From: Candidatus Latescibacterota bacterium
Lineage (GTDB): Bacteria > Latescibacterota > UBA2968 > GCA-2709665
Reading direction: 5' to 3'
Assembly (NCBI GenBank): GCA_965205485.1
Contig: OZ242180.1
Span: 2,432,001-2,496,000, forward strand
Length of the DNA: 64,000 nt
Shown one piece after another: positions 39,157 to 50,000 of the stretch. The stretch's first letter is position 1, and every line of letters starts with the position of its first letter. The translations under genes were made by a program, and so were the position numbers. Below the pieces are notes generated by a model. The model was given only the letters and a program-made list of their open reading frames with translations. It was not told the DNA's origin and did no database searches.

Positions 39157-40572
39157 TCAGATCTCCACGACCTTGCCCGGATTCATTATGTTGTGTGGGT
39201 CGAGTGCTTTCTTGATCGCCCGCATAACCTTTACGCCTTCGCCATGCTCCTGCTCCAGGGCCGCCAGCTTGCCCATGCCGATCCCGTGTTCACCCGTGCA
39301 CGTTCCTCCCATTTCCAGGGCGAATTCGACGATCCGTTCGCCGAATTCCCGCGCTTCGGCAAGCTCTTCGGGGCGATCCGGATCGATCAGGAAAACGACG
39401 TGAAAGTTCCCGTCGCCGACGTGACCGAACAGGGGCGCAATCAGTGTCGACGCCTTCAGTTCTTCTTTGGTTCTGAGAATACAATCCGCCAGTCTTGAAA
39501 CCGGAACGCACACGTCCGTCACGTACCCCACGGAGCCCGGACGCATCGTCTGTGACGCGTAGTAGGCGTCGTACCGCGCCTGCCAGAGCCGGTCGCGTTC
39601 CCGTTGTCCGGTCGCCCTGCGAAAGTCTTCACCGCCGTGCCTGTCCGCAACCGGTCTGGACGCCGCGATACCCTCGGCAACGGACGATTCGGAACCGTGG
39701 AACTCGAAAAACAGGGTTGGCGCCACCCGGTAGTCAAAGCCGGAATAGGCGTTGATCGCGCCCATCTGAACGTCGTCGAGAAGCTCGATTCGCGCCATTT
39801 CTATCCCCGCCGACGTCATTTCAAGAACCGCATCTACCGCCGACGAAATATCCGGAAACGCGCAGACCGCCGCGGATACCGCTTCAGGGACCCGCGCCAG
39901 TCTCAGCGTCACCTCGGTTATGACGCCCAGTGTGCCCTCGGATCCGACGAACAGATGCGCCAGGTCGTAACCGGAGGACGACTTTCTCGCCCTTCCTCCA
40001 GCCTGAATGATGCTGCCGTCAGCAAGTATGGCCGTCAATCCAAGGACATTCTCCCTCATCGTTCCGTATCCCACCGCCGCACTGCCCGAAGCACGGGTCG
40101 CAGTCATGCCACCCAGAGAAGCGTCCGCTCCGGGATCCACGGGAAAGTACAGTCCCGTGCCCGCGTCCGCCAGATGCCGGTTCAGCTGCTTCCTCGTTAC
40201 ACCGGCCTCCACCGTTGCATCCAGGTCGGCCTCGCCAATCCTTAATACACGTTTCATACGGCTCAAATCGATACAGACGCCGCCCCGTACGGCGACGATG
40301 CCGCCTTCCACGGCCGTTCCTGTCCCATACGGCACCACAGGTGTCCGATACCATGCGCAAAGTTTCACGATCTTCGACACTTCTTCGTTGCATTCGGGAA
40401 AGACCACAGCGTCCGGCAGCATGGGCTTATGATACGATGCGTCCCCCGCGTGGCTTTCACGGATATCCGCGTCCGTCTTTATCCGATCGCCCAGCAATGA
40501 CCGGAGTTCGCCGATAACCGGCGACGGGTCCGGATCCGAAGATCGCTTCGTCGCACACGCGTTGTCTGTCAT
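39157..40572 (-). CDS. FAD-linked oxidase (D-lactate dehydrogenase/GlcD family)
   Basis: FPVDPGA, GSEGTLG, GHVGDGNFH, GEHGIG, LDPHNIMNPGK. Confidence 0.92.
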   Translation of the reverse strand: MTDNACATKRSSDPDPSPVIGELRSLLGDRIKTDADIRESHAGDASYHKPMLPDAVVFPECNEEVSKIVKLCAWYRTPVVPYGTGTAVEGGIVAVRGGVCIDLSRMKRVLRIGEADLDATVEAGVTRKQLNRHLADAGTGLYFPVDPGADASLGGMTATRASGSAAVGYGTMRENVLGLTAILADGSIIQAGGRARKSSSGYDLAHLFVGSEGTLGVITEVTLRLARVPEAVSAAVCAFPDISSAVDAVLEMTSAGIEMARIELLDDVQMGAINAYSGFDYRVAPTLFFEFHGSESSVAEGIAASRPVADRHGGEDFRRATGQRERDRLWQARYDAYYASQTMRPGSVGYVTDVCVPVSRLADCILRTKEELKASTLIAPLFGHVGDGNFHVVFLIDPDRPEELAEAREFGERIVEFALEMGGTCTGEHGIGMGKLAALEQEHGEGVKVMRAIKKALDPHNIMNPGKVVEI

Positions 40573-40609
40573 TACCTTCAACCCTCTATCGAGCCGCTTT
40601 CGCGATCGC

Positions 40610-42976
40610 TCACAGGTGACGCGCCAGCCATTCCGCCATCTCCCAGAACACATGCATGACCGACTCCCGTGCGCTATAACCATGGCTCTCATGGGGCAGC
40701 ATCACGAGTCTCGTTGTCGCGCCGTGACCCTTCAGCGCATTGTACAGCCGCTCGCTCTGCATGGGAAACGTCCCGGAATTGTTGTCTGCCTGGCCATGAA
40801 TCAACAGCAGCGGCGCATCGATCCGGTCGGCATGCATAAAAGCCGACATGGAATGATAGACCTCCGGCGCCTGCCAGAGCGTACGCTCTTCAGACTGAAA
40901 ACCAAACGGCGTCAGCGTTCGGTTGTATGCGCCGCTCCGGGCGATTCCCGCCTTGAACAGATCGCTGTGCGCCAGGAGATTCGCCGCCATGAACCCGCCG
41001 TAGGAGTGTCCGCCGATCGCAATGCGGTCACGGTCCGCAACACCCCGGCGTACGACTTCCTCCACCGCCGCTTCGGCGCTGGATACCAGTTGGGTCACGT
41101 ACGAGTCGTTGGCTTCCACGCCGTCTTCTCCCACGATCGGCATGGTAGGCCCGTCCAGCACCGCGTATCCCTGCGTCAACCAGGGCAGCGGCGACGTCCA
41201 GGTCACGCGAGTGAATCGAAATCGGGAGCCCGTCACCTGTGCGGCGGCATCGGCGCTTCTGAACTCACGCGGATACGCCCACATCAGCAAGGGCAGCGGA
41301 CCCTGGTCATCGGAATACCCTGGCGGCAGATACAGGGTGCCGTTCAGGCCGGTCCCGTCCGCCCGCCGGTAACGGATGATTTCCTTCCGCACTTTCGACA
41401 GCTGCGGCGCGGGGTGGGGAAATGCGGTCAACTGACGGGTGTCTCCGGTCTCAAGCGCCCGCAAGAACACGTTTGGCGGGCTTTGGGCCGTTTCACGCAA
41501 CGTCAACAGCAGGCCGTCGTCCTTATCGATCAACCTGACGGGTCGCTCATAATACGGCGGTTCGCACTGCCATATCCGTTCCGCCGATTTCGTTTTCAGG
41601 TCGAGCCTGTCCAGGAACGGGAAATCACCCTCCGGAGACGCCCCACCGCCAGCGAGGAAGAGATGTCGGCCGCCGTCACCCGTCAGCAATACCCTCCGTC
41701 CTGAGAGATTTGGAGCCAGCAGCGGCACACCCGGATCGCCGTACCGGTCTTCCCACGACCGGTCGAAGAGCAATTTACGGTCGTTGGATGCTCCGTCCGG
41801 GGCAAACCGCCAGGTCCTGGTCCGGCGGGTCTTCCACCAGCGCTCGGTCAGCAACGCCATCGCGCCGTCGCCCCACGTCAATCCGGCGTACCGCATCTCG
41901 AGAGACTGCAACAACGCGGGTGTGCGATCGAAGGGTTCGGAGAGCGCGTACACGTGATCCCGCACGTCCGTCTCAACGGCCGGATCGCCGCCATCCTGCG
42001 CCTCCACCCAGCACACCGTGGCCTCCGCATCATTACGCCACCGGAACGAGCGCGGGCCATCGCGTACGGCATCGAACGCGATGGGGACATCCTCCGCCAG
42101 GGGCGCATCGACCAGTTCGCGAATCAACCGGCCGTCCATATTCCATAGTTCAACCCGAACGGGAAACCGATCATGCGGCACAAGGTACGAAAATGGCCTG
42201 TGGAGGGTCTCCAGGAGCAAATAGGCGCCTCCCGGCGCAGGCTCGGCCCGCCGGATGATTCCGGGGTTGCCCACCTCACGTTCGCTCCCGTCCAGTGTGA
42301 TCACAACCAGGCGGGACGTCGCATAGTATTGGAAAAGCGCTTCGTCGTGCGCCCCTTTCAACAGGTCCTGCCAGGTTCGCGAAGGCGCCAGCCGGCCGGT
42401 ATTTTCCCGGATCTCGGGGCCCCGTGGAACCTGAGGCGCCTCGGGGACTTCAGCCCGTTCCGCTGGTACAGCCCTGACGATCAGCGACGGGACCGACTCC
42501 GGTCTGGACGGTATCCAGGCGAACGGTGCGCCGAAGATGCCGTTCAAGCGGATTTCGGAGACCTTCCGCGCCGCAAGCGAGTCCACGCCGGCGCACCAGA
42601 GCGCGATCCCCGATCCGTCACGGACGGTAAAAGCAATACGGCTCCCGTCCGGCGCCCACTGCGGCGATCCGATACGGCCGTCGCGCGGCAGACCCGTCAC
42701 CGGGTGCAGCGATCCGTCCGAAATCCGCAATAGCGTCAGTCCCGTATAGTATCCCGACCGGCTCAGACCGTTGGCGCCTGGGTCGATGCGAAGGCCAGCA
42801 AGACGCAGCTCCGGCCGAGCCAGTTCGGATATGGGCGGCAGGCCCGGTTTCGCGAGCATCAGGATCCACCGGCCTTTGGGGTCCACGCTGAGGTCCGGCG
42901 TGCTCGGCGCGTCCAGCAGCGCAGCGATTTCTTCCGGCGGCATCCGGTATTCTGGTTCTTGTGAGGTGGGGTTCAT
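40610..42976 (-). CDS. S9 prolyl-oligopeptidase family peptidase (glutamyl endopeptidase-like)
   Basis: GGHSYG nucleophile motif, ARSGAYNRTLTPFGFQ, DNNSGT, ESHGY. Confidence 0.92.
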   Translation of the reverse strand: MNPTSQEPEYRMPPEEIAALLDAPSTPDLSVDPKGRWILMLAKPGLPPISELARPELRLAGLRIDPGANGLSRSGYYTGLTLLRISDGSLHPVTGLPRDGRIGSPQWAPDGSRIAFTVRDGSGIALWCAGVDSLAARKVSEIRLNGIFGAPFAWIPSRPESVPSLIVRAVPAERAEVPEAPQVPRGPEIRENTGRLAPSRTWQDLLKGAHDEALFQYYATSRLVVITLDGSEREVGNPGIIRRAEPAPGGAYLLLETLHRPFSYLVPHDRFPVRVELWNMDGRLIRELVDAPLAEDVPIAFDAVRDGPRSFRWRNDAEATVCWVEAQDGGDPAVETDVRDHVYALSEPFDRTPALLQSLEMRYAGLTWGDGAMALLTERWWKTRRTRTWRFAPDGASNDRKLLFDRSWEDRYGDPGVPLLAPNLSGRRVLLTGDGGRHLFLAGGGASPEGDFPFLDRLDLKTKSAERIWQCEPPYYERPVRLIDKDDGLLLTLRETAQSPPNVFLRALETGDTRQLTAFPHPAPQLSKVRKEIIRYRRADGTGLNGTLYLPPGYSDDQGPLPLLMWAYPREFRSADAAAQVTGSRFRFTRVTWTSPLPWLTQGYAVLDGPTMPIVGEDGVEANDSYVTQLVSSAEAAVEEVVRRGVADRDRIAIGGHSYGGFMAANLLAHSDLFKAGIARSGAYNRTLTPFGFQSEERTLWQAPEVYHSMSAFMHADRIDAPLLLIHGQADNNSGTFPMQSERLYNALKGHGATTRLVMLPHESHGYSARESVMHVFWEMAEWLARHL

Positions 42977-43026
42977 CTTTCCTTCGAGTTACGTCAACAC
43001 TAAGGGGAATCTCGGTTTTTCCCTAC

Positions 43027-44133
43027 CTATATTGCAACGGGCTCCAATCCATCCGCCGACCGCTGCCTGTTCACATCGTCAATCCGCCATGGAACCACGG
43101 AACCGTCGGCCCGATACCGATCATAATAGCCGTCCTCATAACGGGCGATCGGCATCAACGTCTTTCTTGAACGGACGTCCTCTAGCGCCAGCACATCCAT
43201 CGATTCGCCGCTGTCAAGGTCAATCACCTCGATCTCTTCCACCCGGCTGCGGCCCAGTCCGCGCTGGGCCGCAAACCTGAGATAGGGTGTCGTCTCGGGG
43301 TCCAGGCCCATCAGGTACGTCGCAACGGCATCGACGTGCACCTCGTTCTCGCCGATCAGGGTCCACCCCAGCGGATAATTTTCGCCCTCGTTGAACGCGG
43401 TACCGTCCCGTCCGATAAGCCCGTCGACCATGCAAAGCTGCGGAATATTCAGGGAACGAAGGGCGACCACCAGGTCGCACAACTTATGGTAGAACCGGTC
43501 TTCAAACAGACTCAACCCGCTGTCGGTCAGGCGCCAGATCCCGTTCTCGTGCGGCCGGTCAACGTCCTGGATATGACATAGATGGCGCTCCGGCCGCGCC
43601 AGGATTCCCATCAGGTTCTTGATGGCCAGGGTCGTACATCCCAGGTTGTGGCACTTCGCCAGCGGCACATTGAAAAAGAACGCGCAATCGGTCACGTCCC
43701 GATAAATCGGATAGGCTTTGAATACAACCCCCCCGGGCACCGGAACATTCCGGCTGGGGCGGTCGTTCAACTCGGTTAACGTCAACTTTCGGCTGTCCGC
43801 CATCCTCGTGTACCCGGCGCCCTTCCAGGTGTTTCCGTTTTCCGGCTGTTCGCCGGATTGTCCGTCCGCAACCACCAGCCTGCCGGCGTCGACGCCTTTC
43901 TCCACGAGCGCGTCGGCCATGCCCGCAAGGAAGCCCGGGTGGGTTACAATGCGTTTCTCCGCGGGAAACAGGACCGTTGCATTCGGCTTGAGCAGCACCG
44001 TTCCTTCATCGGGCAGCGCGAAGTCAATGCGCCGCAACGCCGCGTGGGCAAGATCCCTGTATGCCTCGAACGGCGCCTCGTTACCCTCAATCCCGGCTCG
44101 AAACAGGTAAACTCTGTCGCTGTCTATTCGCAT
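43027..44133 (-). CDS. DUF362 domain protein
   Basis: VLLKPN, THP, P-AKCH, TLAIKNLMG, VDAVAT-LMG. Confidence 0.85.
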   Translation of the reverse strand: MRIDSDRVYLFRAGIEGNEAPFEAYRDLAHAALRRIDFALPDEGTVLLKPNATVLFPAEKRIVTHPGFLAGMADALVEKGVDAGRLVVADGQSGEQPENGNTWKGAGYTRMADSRKLTLTELNDRPSRNVPVPGGVVFKAYPIYRDVTDCAFFFNVPLAKCHNLGCTTLAIKNLMGILARPERHLCHIQDVDRPHENGIWRLTDSGLSLFEDRFYHKLCDLVVALRSLNIPQLCMVDGLIGRDGTAFNEGENYPLGWTLIGENEVHVDAVATYLMGLDPETTPYLRFAAQRGLGRSRVEEIEVIDLDSGESMDVLALEDVRSRKTLMPIARYEDGYYDRYRADGSVVPWRIDDVNRQRSADGLEPVAI

Positions 44134-44198
44134 TCTGGCCTCTTCCCTCGTGTTTAACTGTTGTCGTCCCGCCGCGGATTTCGGATAATGTCCGCCCT

Positions 44199-44966
44199 TC
44201 ACCCCATCGCGTTCAGAACGATCTCCCGGCTTCGCCCGAGGGCATCGAGCGGATCGGGTAATTCCGGATGTAACTCGAGACTCAGATTCCCGCGGTAACC
44301 GATATCGGCAAGGGCGGAAACGGTATCAGCCAGCGCTGCTTCGGTCAGAATGCCGTCCGTCAGAGCCAGGTGCAAATCGCGCGAACCGTCATTGTCGTCC
44401 AGATGGACATACCCCAGCAGCGGTCCCGCTTCTGAAACCACGGCTGCCGGATCTTCGTCAGACATCTGCGCATGGCCGATATCCAGCAGCAGGAACAGGT
44501 TGGGATGTCCCACATCCCGCAGAAACGCGATCGTCCCCGCGGCGGTAGGGAGCGCGGAACCCGGGAAGTGTTCCACGCACACCCGCACGCCCATTGTGTC
44601 TCCCCGTTCGGCCAGCTTCTCCAATTCCGCCGCGTATCTGTCCAGAGACGACGGGTCTTCATCCGGAACGACGTAAGCGGCTGAAGCGCCCAGCGCTGCG
44701 CCAAAGGCCAGCGTCCGATCGAGATAGGAAGCGGCTCCCAACCGGGCGTCGCGGTTGGGACTGCTCAGACAGGCGTCTTCCGGCACACCGAACGATGCCG
44801 CGATACAGGAAACCATGAGCTCGTGCTCCCGGATTTTACGCCGTGCTCCGTCCGAAGAAAACGCGAACGGCCTTACGTCGATCCAATCGAACCCCAACGC
44901 GGCCGCACGCGCCGCGACCCGGCTTTCGGAGCCCTCGATAGCCCAAACGCAGCACGCAAGGTTCAT
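44199..44966 (-). CDS. Sugar-phosphate isomerase/epimerase (xylose-isomerase-like TIM barrel)
   Basis: EHFP, LDIGH, VHLDDNDG--DLH, LSLE metal-binding motifs. Confidence 0.85.
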   Translation of the reverse strand: MNLACCVWAIEGSESRVAARAAALGFDWIDVRPFAFSSDGARRKIREHELMVSCIAASFGVPEDACLSSPNRDARLGAASYLDRTLAFGAALGASAAYVVPDEDPSSLDRYAAELEKLAERGDTMGVRVCVEHFPGSALPTAAGTIAFLRDVGHPNLFLLLDIGHAQMSDEDPAAVVSEAGPLLGYVHLDDNDGSRDLHLALTDGILTEAALADTVSALADIGYRGNLSLELHPELPDPLDALGRSREIVLNAMG

Positions 44967-45982
44967 ACGGGCGTCTCCCGCGTCTGAATAGCGTCGTCGA
45001 CCATATCGTACACCGTGTACCGGGCTTCATAGCCCAGCAGTCGTTCCGCCTTGCCGCTGGCAATATACCAGGGCCGTCGCGCGGTGGGAATGCAGGCCTT
45101 TATATGGGGCAATTCCAGCCGAGCAGCCAGAAAGTCAACGAACGCCTCCGCGCAATGCGGTTCGCGTCCTCCCATATTGAATACCTCTCCCACCGCCGCC
45201 GCTGTTCCCAGTACGCGCATACATCCCGCCGCGATATCACGGGCGTCCGCCCACTGCCTGACCTCGGGGTTACCGTCGCGATCCGCGTAGACGACAAGCT
45301 GCTCGCCGCCGTTGCACAGCGTTTCAAGTGTCGATTGCGTCTCCAGCTGCACGCCATTGGCCGCAGTTATCGTCCTGGCGTGGTCGATTGCCGCGCGGAG
45401 AAACAACCAGCGCGCGAACACGCTGTTCGGATTGACGAGTTCCCGGGCATCCGCCGTTGCGCCAAAGCGAAGGACCGTTACAGGTATGCCAAAACCGCGG
45501 CTGAAACTCTGACAGAGTTCCTCAGCGCCAATCTTGCTCTTGCTGGCGCCGTAGACCGAGCCCGCCAACAGGGGATAATCTTCGTCCACGGGAAGGTACC
45601 GGGCGTTTTCATCCGGTTTCTCCAAATAGACGGCATCGCTGCTGGCGTAAATAAAATGGGCCAGTTCGGGGACCCGGTCGCGGACTGCTTTCAGCAGATG
45701 AAACGTGCCCTGGACGTTGACCCGGACGAATTCTTCCTCGCGGCAGCCTCGAGACGTCAGTGCGCCGGCAAGGTGGAAGACCGCGTCCACACCGTCCACC
45801 GCGGCGCCGAGCGAGGCGGGTTCCTCGAGCCGTCCGAAGACGACGTCCACGCCCGATGGCAGATCCGCCGCCCGGTTATCGTGAGGCACCACCAGCGCCC
45901 TGACGGCATGCCCGGCATCGGTCAGCGTGCGCACCAGATGCCGCCCGATTCGCCCGGTCGCCCCCGTCGCGAGAACCCGCAA
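44963..45982 (-). CDS. NAD-dependent epimerase/dehydratase
   Basis: TGATGRIG, VFHLAG, ASSDAVY, YGASK. Confidence 0.88.
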   Translation of the reverse strand: MRVLATGATGRIGRHLVRTLTDAGHAVRALVVPHDNRAADLPSGVDVVFGRLEEPASLGAAVDGVDAVFHLAGALTSRGCREEEFVRVNVQGTFHLLKAVRDRVPELAHFIYASSDAVYLEKPDENARYLPVDEDYPLLAGSVYGASKSKIGAEELCQSFSRGFGIPVTVLRFGATADARELVNPNSVFARWLFLRAAIDHARTITAANGVQLETQSTLETLCNGGEQLVVYADRDGNPEVRQWADARDIAAGCMRVLGTAAAVGEVFNMGGREPHCAEAFVDFLAARLELPHIKACIPTARRPWYIASGKAERLLGYEARYTVYDMVDDAIQTRETPV

Positions 45983-46001
45983 GATGAATCCTCCCTGGAA
46001 G

Positions 46002-47006
46002 TCACGTCCGGGACGCCAGGCCGCCTATCAGCGTGTCCACGTGCATGACGAATTCCAACGTCAGTTCGATGCGCGATCCCTGTGTCTCGTATCCGGTCCA
46101 GCGCCAGCAACCTTCAGGCTCTTGCGTCTGAACGTACCAGTCGCCCATGCGGCAGGACCATTCCAGGTACGCACGTTCGCCCGTCAGTTGATACAGGAGC
46201 GAACTTCCCCAGCTGCTCTTGCAGGCCTGGGCATACTTGAACTGCGCATCCGTCGCCGCCATCGAGAAGGCCTGATAGCGCCGCGCAAGCGCGAGGTATT
46301 CGGTGCAGGGTTCCGCCAGGTAGAGACGGCACAGGAATCCGGCCGCAATGCCACCAACGGTCCAGCGCTGCGGGCGATCCACACGGTTCTCCACCACGTG
46401 CCAGAAGCCATCGTCATCCGAAAAGTCGGTAATCACACCGCCCTTTCTGCAGGACCATGCGTAGCAAAAAGTTCTGGGCAGATCCGTCTGTGCCGAGTAA
46501 ATCCTCCGCAGGAACCGGTAAACCGATTGCGCGACATCCAGGCGGCCTGTCGCCAGGCACGCCAGTCCGGGTCCGCACGCGTACGGAATATCCAGGCGGT
46601 CGCTCATGCCGCCGCCGGGCAGCCGGTCGTTGTGAAACCCTCCGGATGTCCGATCCTGCCATGACAGCAGGTCCGGCATCAGCCCGCAGCTCAGATCGTA
46701 CTGCCGCGCGAGATGCGCGCCGACGATCAGCGTGGCATTCCGATAGGCGTACGCATCGTCAAACACCCGGTAGGGCCCCTCGATCCTGCCCTGTTCGGTC
46801 AACATCTCCCGCCGGATCCAGCTGCAGACTGCCGCCGCCGCCCCGGTTTCGCCGACAATGGCGAACGTCCACGGCGCCCTGTAGAAGTGAAAGCCCTCCG
46901 TGGGGTCTCCCAGGCACCCGTCCGCATTCAGATGGCGCAATAGCCATGCCACGCCGTTTCCGCGAACCGCTTTGAGCGCGGCGATGGTCTTTTGTTTATT
47001 CGACAT
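46002..47006 (-). CDS. Hypothetical alpha/alpha-barrel protein
   Basis: Helical repeats W-L--Q---G-F/W (LSWQDRTSGGF, VQTQEPEGCW), LYQLTGE--YL. Confidence 0.55.
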   Translation of the reverse strand: MSNKQKTIAALKAVRGNGVAWLLRHLNADGCLGDPTEGFHFYRAPWTFAIVGETGAAAAVCSWIRREMLTEQGRIEGPYRVFDDAYAYRNATLIVGAHLARQYDLSCGLMPDLLSWQDRTSGGFHNDRLPGGGMSDRLDIPYACGPGLACLATGRLDVAQSVYRFLRRIYSAQTDLPRTFCYAWSCRKGGVITDFSDDDGFWHVVENRVDRPQRWTVGGIAAGFLCRLYLAEPCTEYLALARRYQAFSMAATDAQFKYAQACKSSWGSSLLYQLTGERAYLEWSCRMGDWYVQTQEPEGCWRWTGYETQGSRIELTLEFVMHVDTLIGGLASRT

Positions 47007-47018
47007 TGGATAACCCGT

Positions 47019-50000
47019 TCACGCGCCTTCGATGCCCTGGAATCGTACAAGGTCCGGAACCTCCAGCCAATCCCCGGCGCCGACCATGGCGACCGAATAC
47101 CTGGGCCCGGCGTCGCCGTCGGCCACCGGGAAGTCTTCCATCGTCATCGGTCGTCTACCTTCGCGGTCGATCCGCCACCCGCCGTCCACCTTCGCGGCCA
47201 GCCGTCCCTGCGGTTCTCTCAGGCTGTTCAGCAGGGTCATACCTGCGTGCGCGTGCGGATTGGACGCGCTCGTGAGAAGGCGGTCGGCACGCACATCCAG
47301 CACCGGCCCGCCGGCCACGTTTACGTCTTCATCCCCGATAGAGAATCGCCGTCGGTCAATCACTTTCGACAACGTAACGCTGTCGGAGAATCCATCCGAG
47401 ACCACCGGAATGGCCTGTCCGGCCCGGAGGGTGTCCTCGATCACGGCGTCGGCGAGTTCGATGGTCCCGCGCCCGTAATCCACGGACGCGATCCGGCTGC
47501 GGCGCATTCCCTCTCCCCCCAGCCGCAAACCGTCCGTCTCCAGCGTCCTGCCGTTGAACAGCATCGCCCGGACGGGCCGACCCGTTTCGTCCAACGCCAG
47601 AATCGCCAGCTGCCCAGCTATTCTGATGTCGTTCTGCAACGTATACATCCTGTCCGCGTCCAGGGCGTGGAACAGATAGTGCGTGCTCCCGTCTTCCAGG
47701 TCCACCCTGACGGCGGCCGCCTGAAAACCGTCCGGCGTCAGTTCTATCCGTCTCGCGCGACGGATCCACGTTGTCTCCCAATAGGGTTCGAATACCGTGG
47801 CGAACACGCTGGAAAGATTGGTGCCGGTACGCCTGCGCACAAGGAACTTCACGCTCTCGGGCAGGTACTTGTACTTCTGTACCGGTCCATCGCACGCGAA
47901 CAGCTCCTCGTCTCTTCCAATCAGATGGGCCCGAAGTCCGATGCCCCGCCACGGGCGTTCCGGCTGGCCAGCAATGGGCACCGTAAGGCGCCATTCAGCG
48001 GTTGCCTCTCCGGTCAAGTTTCCTTTCTGAACATTGTACAAGAACTGGTAACCGCTGCCCCGGTAACCCGTGTATGGCACGCTTGACAATCGCTTGTCCT
48101 TCAGACCGGGGTCGTCGTAGAACTGCTCGTAGGGTACGTCCTCTCCCGCCAGCGTCCCGGTTTCCTGAACCGGGCCCAGCCCCGGCCGGCAGTCGAACGC
48201 CGCCTGATTGCCATGAAGCATGTAGTCGTGCTGCCGTCCCCCGTCCACGTAGAACGCGTCGAACAGGTAGTGCTGTCCGCGTGCGGCTTCAACCAGCACA
48301 TTTGCCCGTCTGTAGACATCGACCCTTCCGGCGTAGGCCCCCTCGCAGGAAGCATCAACGGCCTGTGCGAAACCCTCCATAACCAGTCCGTGAAGCCGTC
48401 CCGGCCCGCGACCCTGCCTCACTTCATCGACCACAACCGTGTTGTGCGCCACCGTATTGGTGAAAAAACCCGCGAGCCGGTGATTGAAGGCGTCCGTCTG
48501 CTCGGGGTATCCGATGTCGGTCAGCAGCGCGTTGTCGTGTGAGAAAAGCAGGATGTTCAACTGGTCGAAATGCCGGTGGGCCTGGTGGTCGCCGTAAAAG
48601 AACGAGACGGCCGAGCGGTTCGTTTCATCGCCGCACTGCAGATTGGCCATACCATACGCCGGAAAATGGCAGGACCGCAGACCGATCTCCGGTTTTTCGC
48701 CGTCCGGCCCAGCCGGAACCTGCGCCTCAACCGGTGTGCTGAAGAGGTCCTGGCGGGCGCCCGGCTGCGTTTTCAGGACCCAGGCGAGGCGGGCGTCGTC
48801 TACATACGGCAGCGCGAGTTGACATACGGCTGGCTGCCAGGCGCTCCGTTGCGCGAACATGTCGCCCGAATCTCCGGTGGAAGGGGTGAATTTTCCGGCA
48901 ATGCAGACGTCGAACGCCCAGGAGACCAGTTTCCCGTACCGTGGGTGTTTGAACAGATTCCCACCGGAGTCCGCCATCAACGCCGCCAGTTCCGTGAGGT
49001 CGTGTACCCAGATCTTGTTGTATTCGAGCGACTCATAAGGCATTCCGTCGCGGTAGACCAGGTTTTCGAGCGCATCCCGCAATCCCATATCCGTGGCCAT
49101 CACGGGATCCGGATTCGCCAGAACGTATTGAACCATCTCCTCGCTGCGAGGACGGCCTTCGGATGCCGCCAGCACCTGCGCCAGCGTCAGCAACGCCTTC
49201 TGGTGCATTCCGTAGTTGCCCCTGATGCGTCCACCCGCCGCGTTCAGAATGCACCTGGCTGCCTCGCACAGCAGACGATCCCGGATCGTGGCGTGGATCT
49301 CCGGGCCGTTCCTGTCCGCGAGACACTGGAGCTCAGTGTCGGTATTCAGATAGGGTCGTACCGCGTCGTAAGCGATCGCGCAGGTATGCGGGGGACGCGT
49401 CTCCCAGATCCTGTTGAACAACTTGCCCGTATATTCGGGATTGTGTTCCTTCGATTCCCTGGACTGTCGTTCGTATTTGTATTCGGGGTAATACTCGGCC
49501 AGCTGCCACAGCAGAAGCGCACACTTGTGGGCAAACCGTTTCGCGTTCTCTTCTTCGTCAGCCAGCACGGCCGCCTGTCCCAGGACTTCGATCGCTTCCA
49601 TCAGGAACCGCATCATGCTCCAATGCGCGTAATAGGCCACGAACCAGTAGTTTGCCGGTACCGGGTCTCCCGGACGATGCCACCCCCAACCGTCGTCGGC
49701 GTATGGACCGGTCAGCAGAGACCTGTCTTGCATTCCCGTGGCCAGGAATGCCTCGAAGTCGTTCGATGGATACGTCTCACCGCCCACGGGACATGTCACT
49801 TTATACGGACGGTCAAAGTCGATTATCCACCTGTATAGCCCCTGTTCGTGGACCTTGACCCCGTGTACCGGGCACCCGTCGTTGTGTACCTGGTATCCCC
49901 GCGGTACCTGAGGGGGTGAAACGATGGTGCGCAGCTTTGCATCTCCGTAGCGGGCCCAATGCTCCGCCTTTGTTAGTATCTCGGTTCTGTGCTCCCGGGC

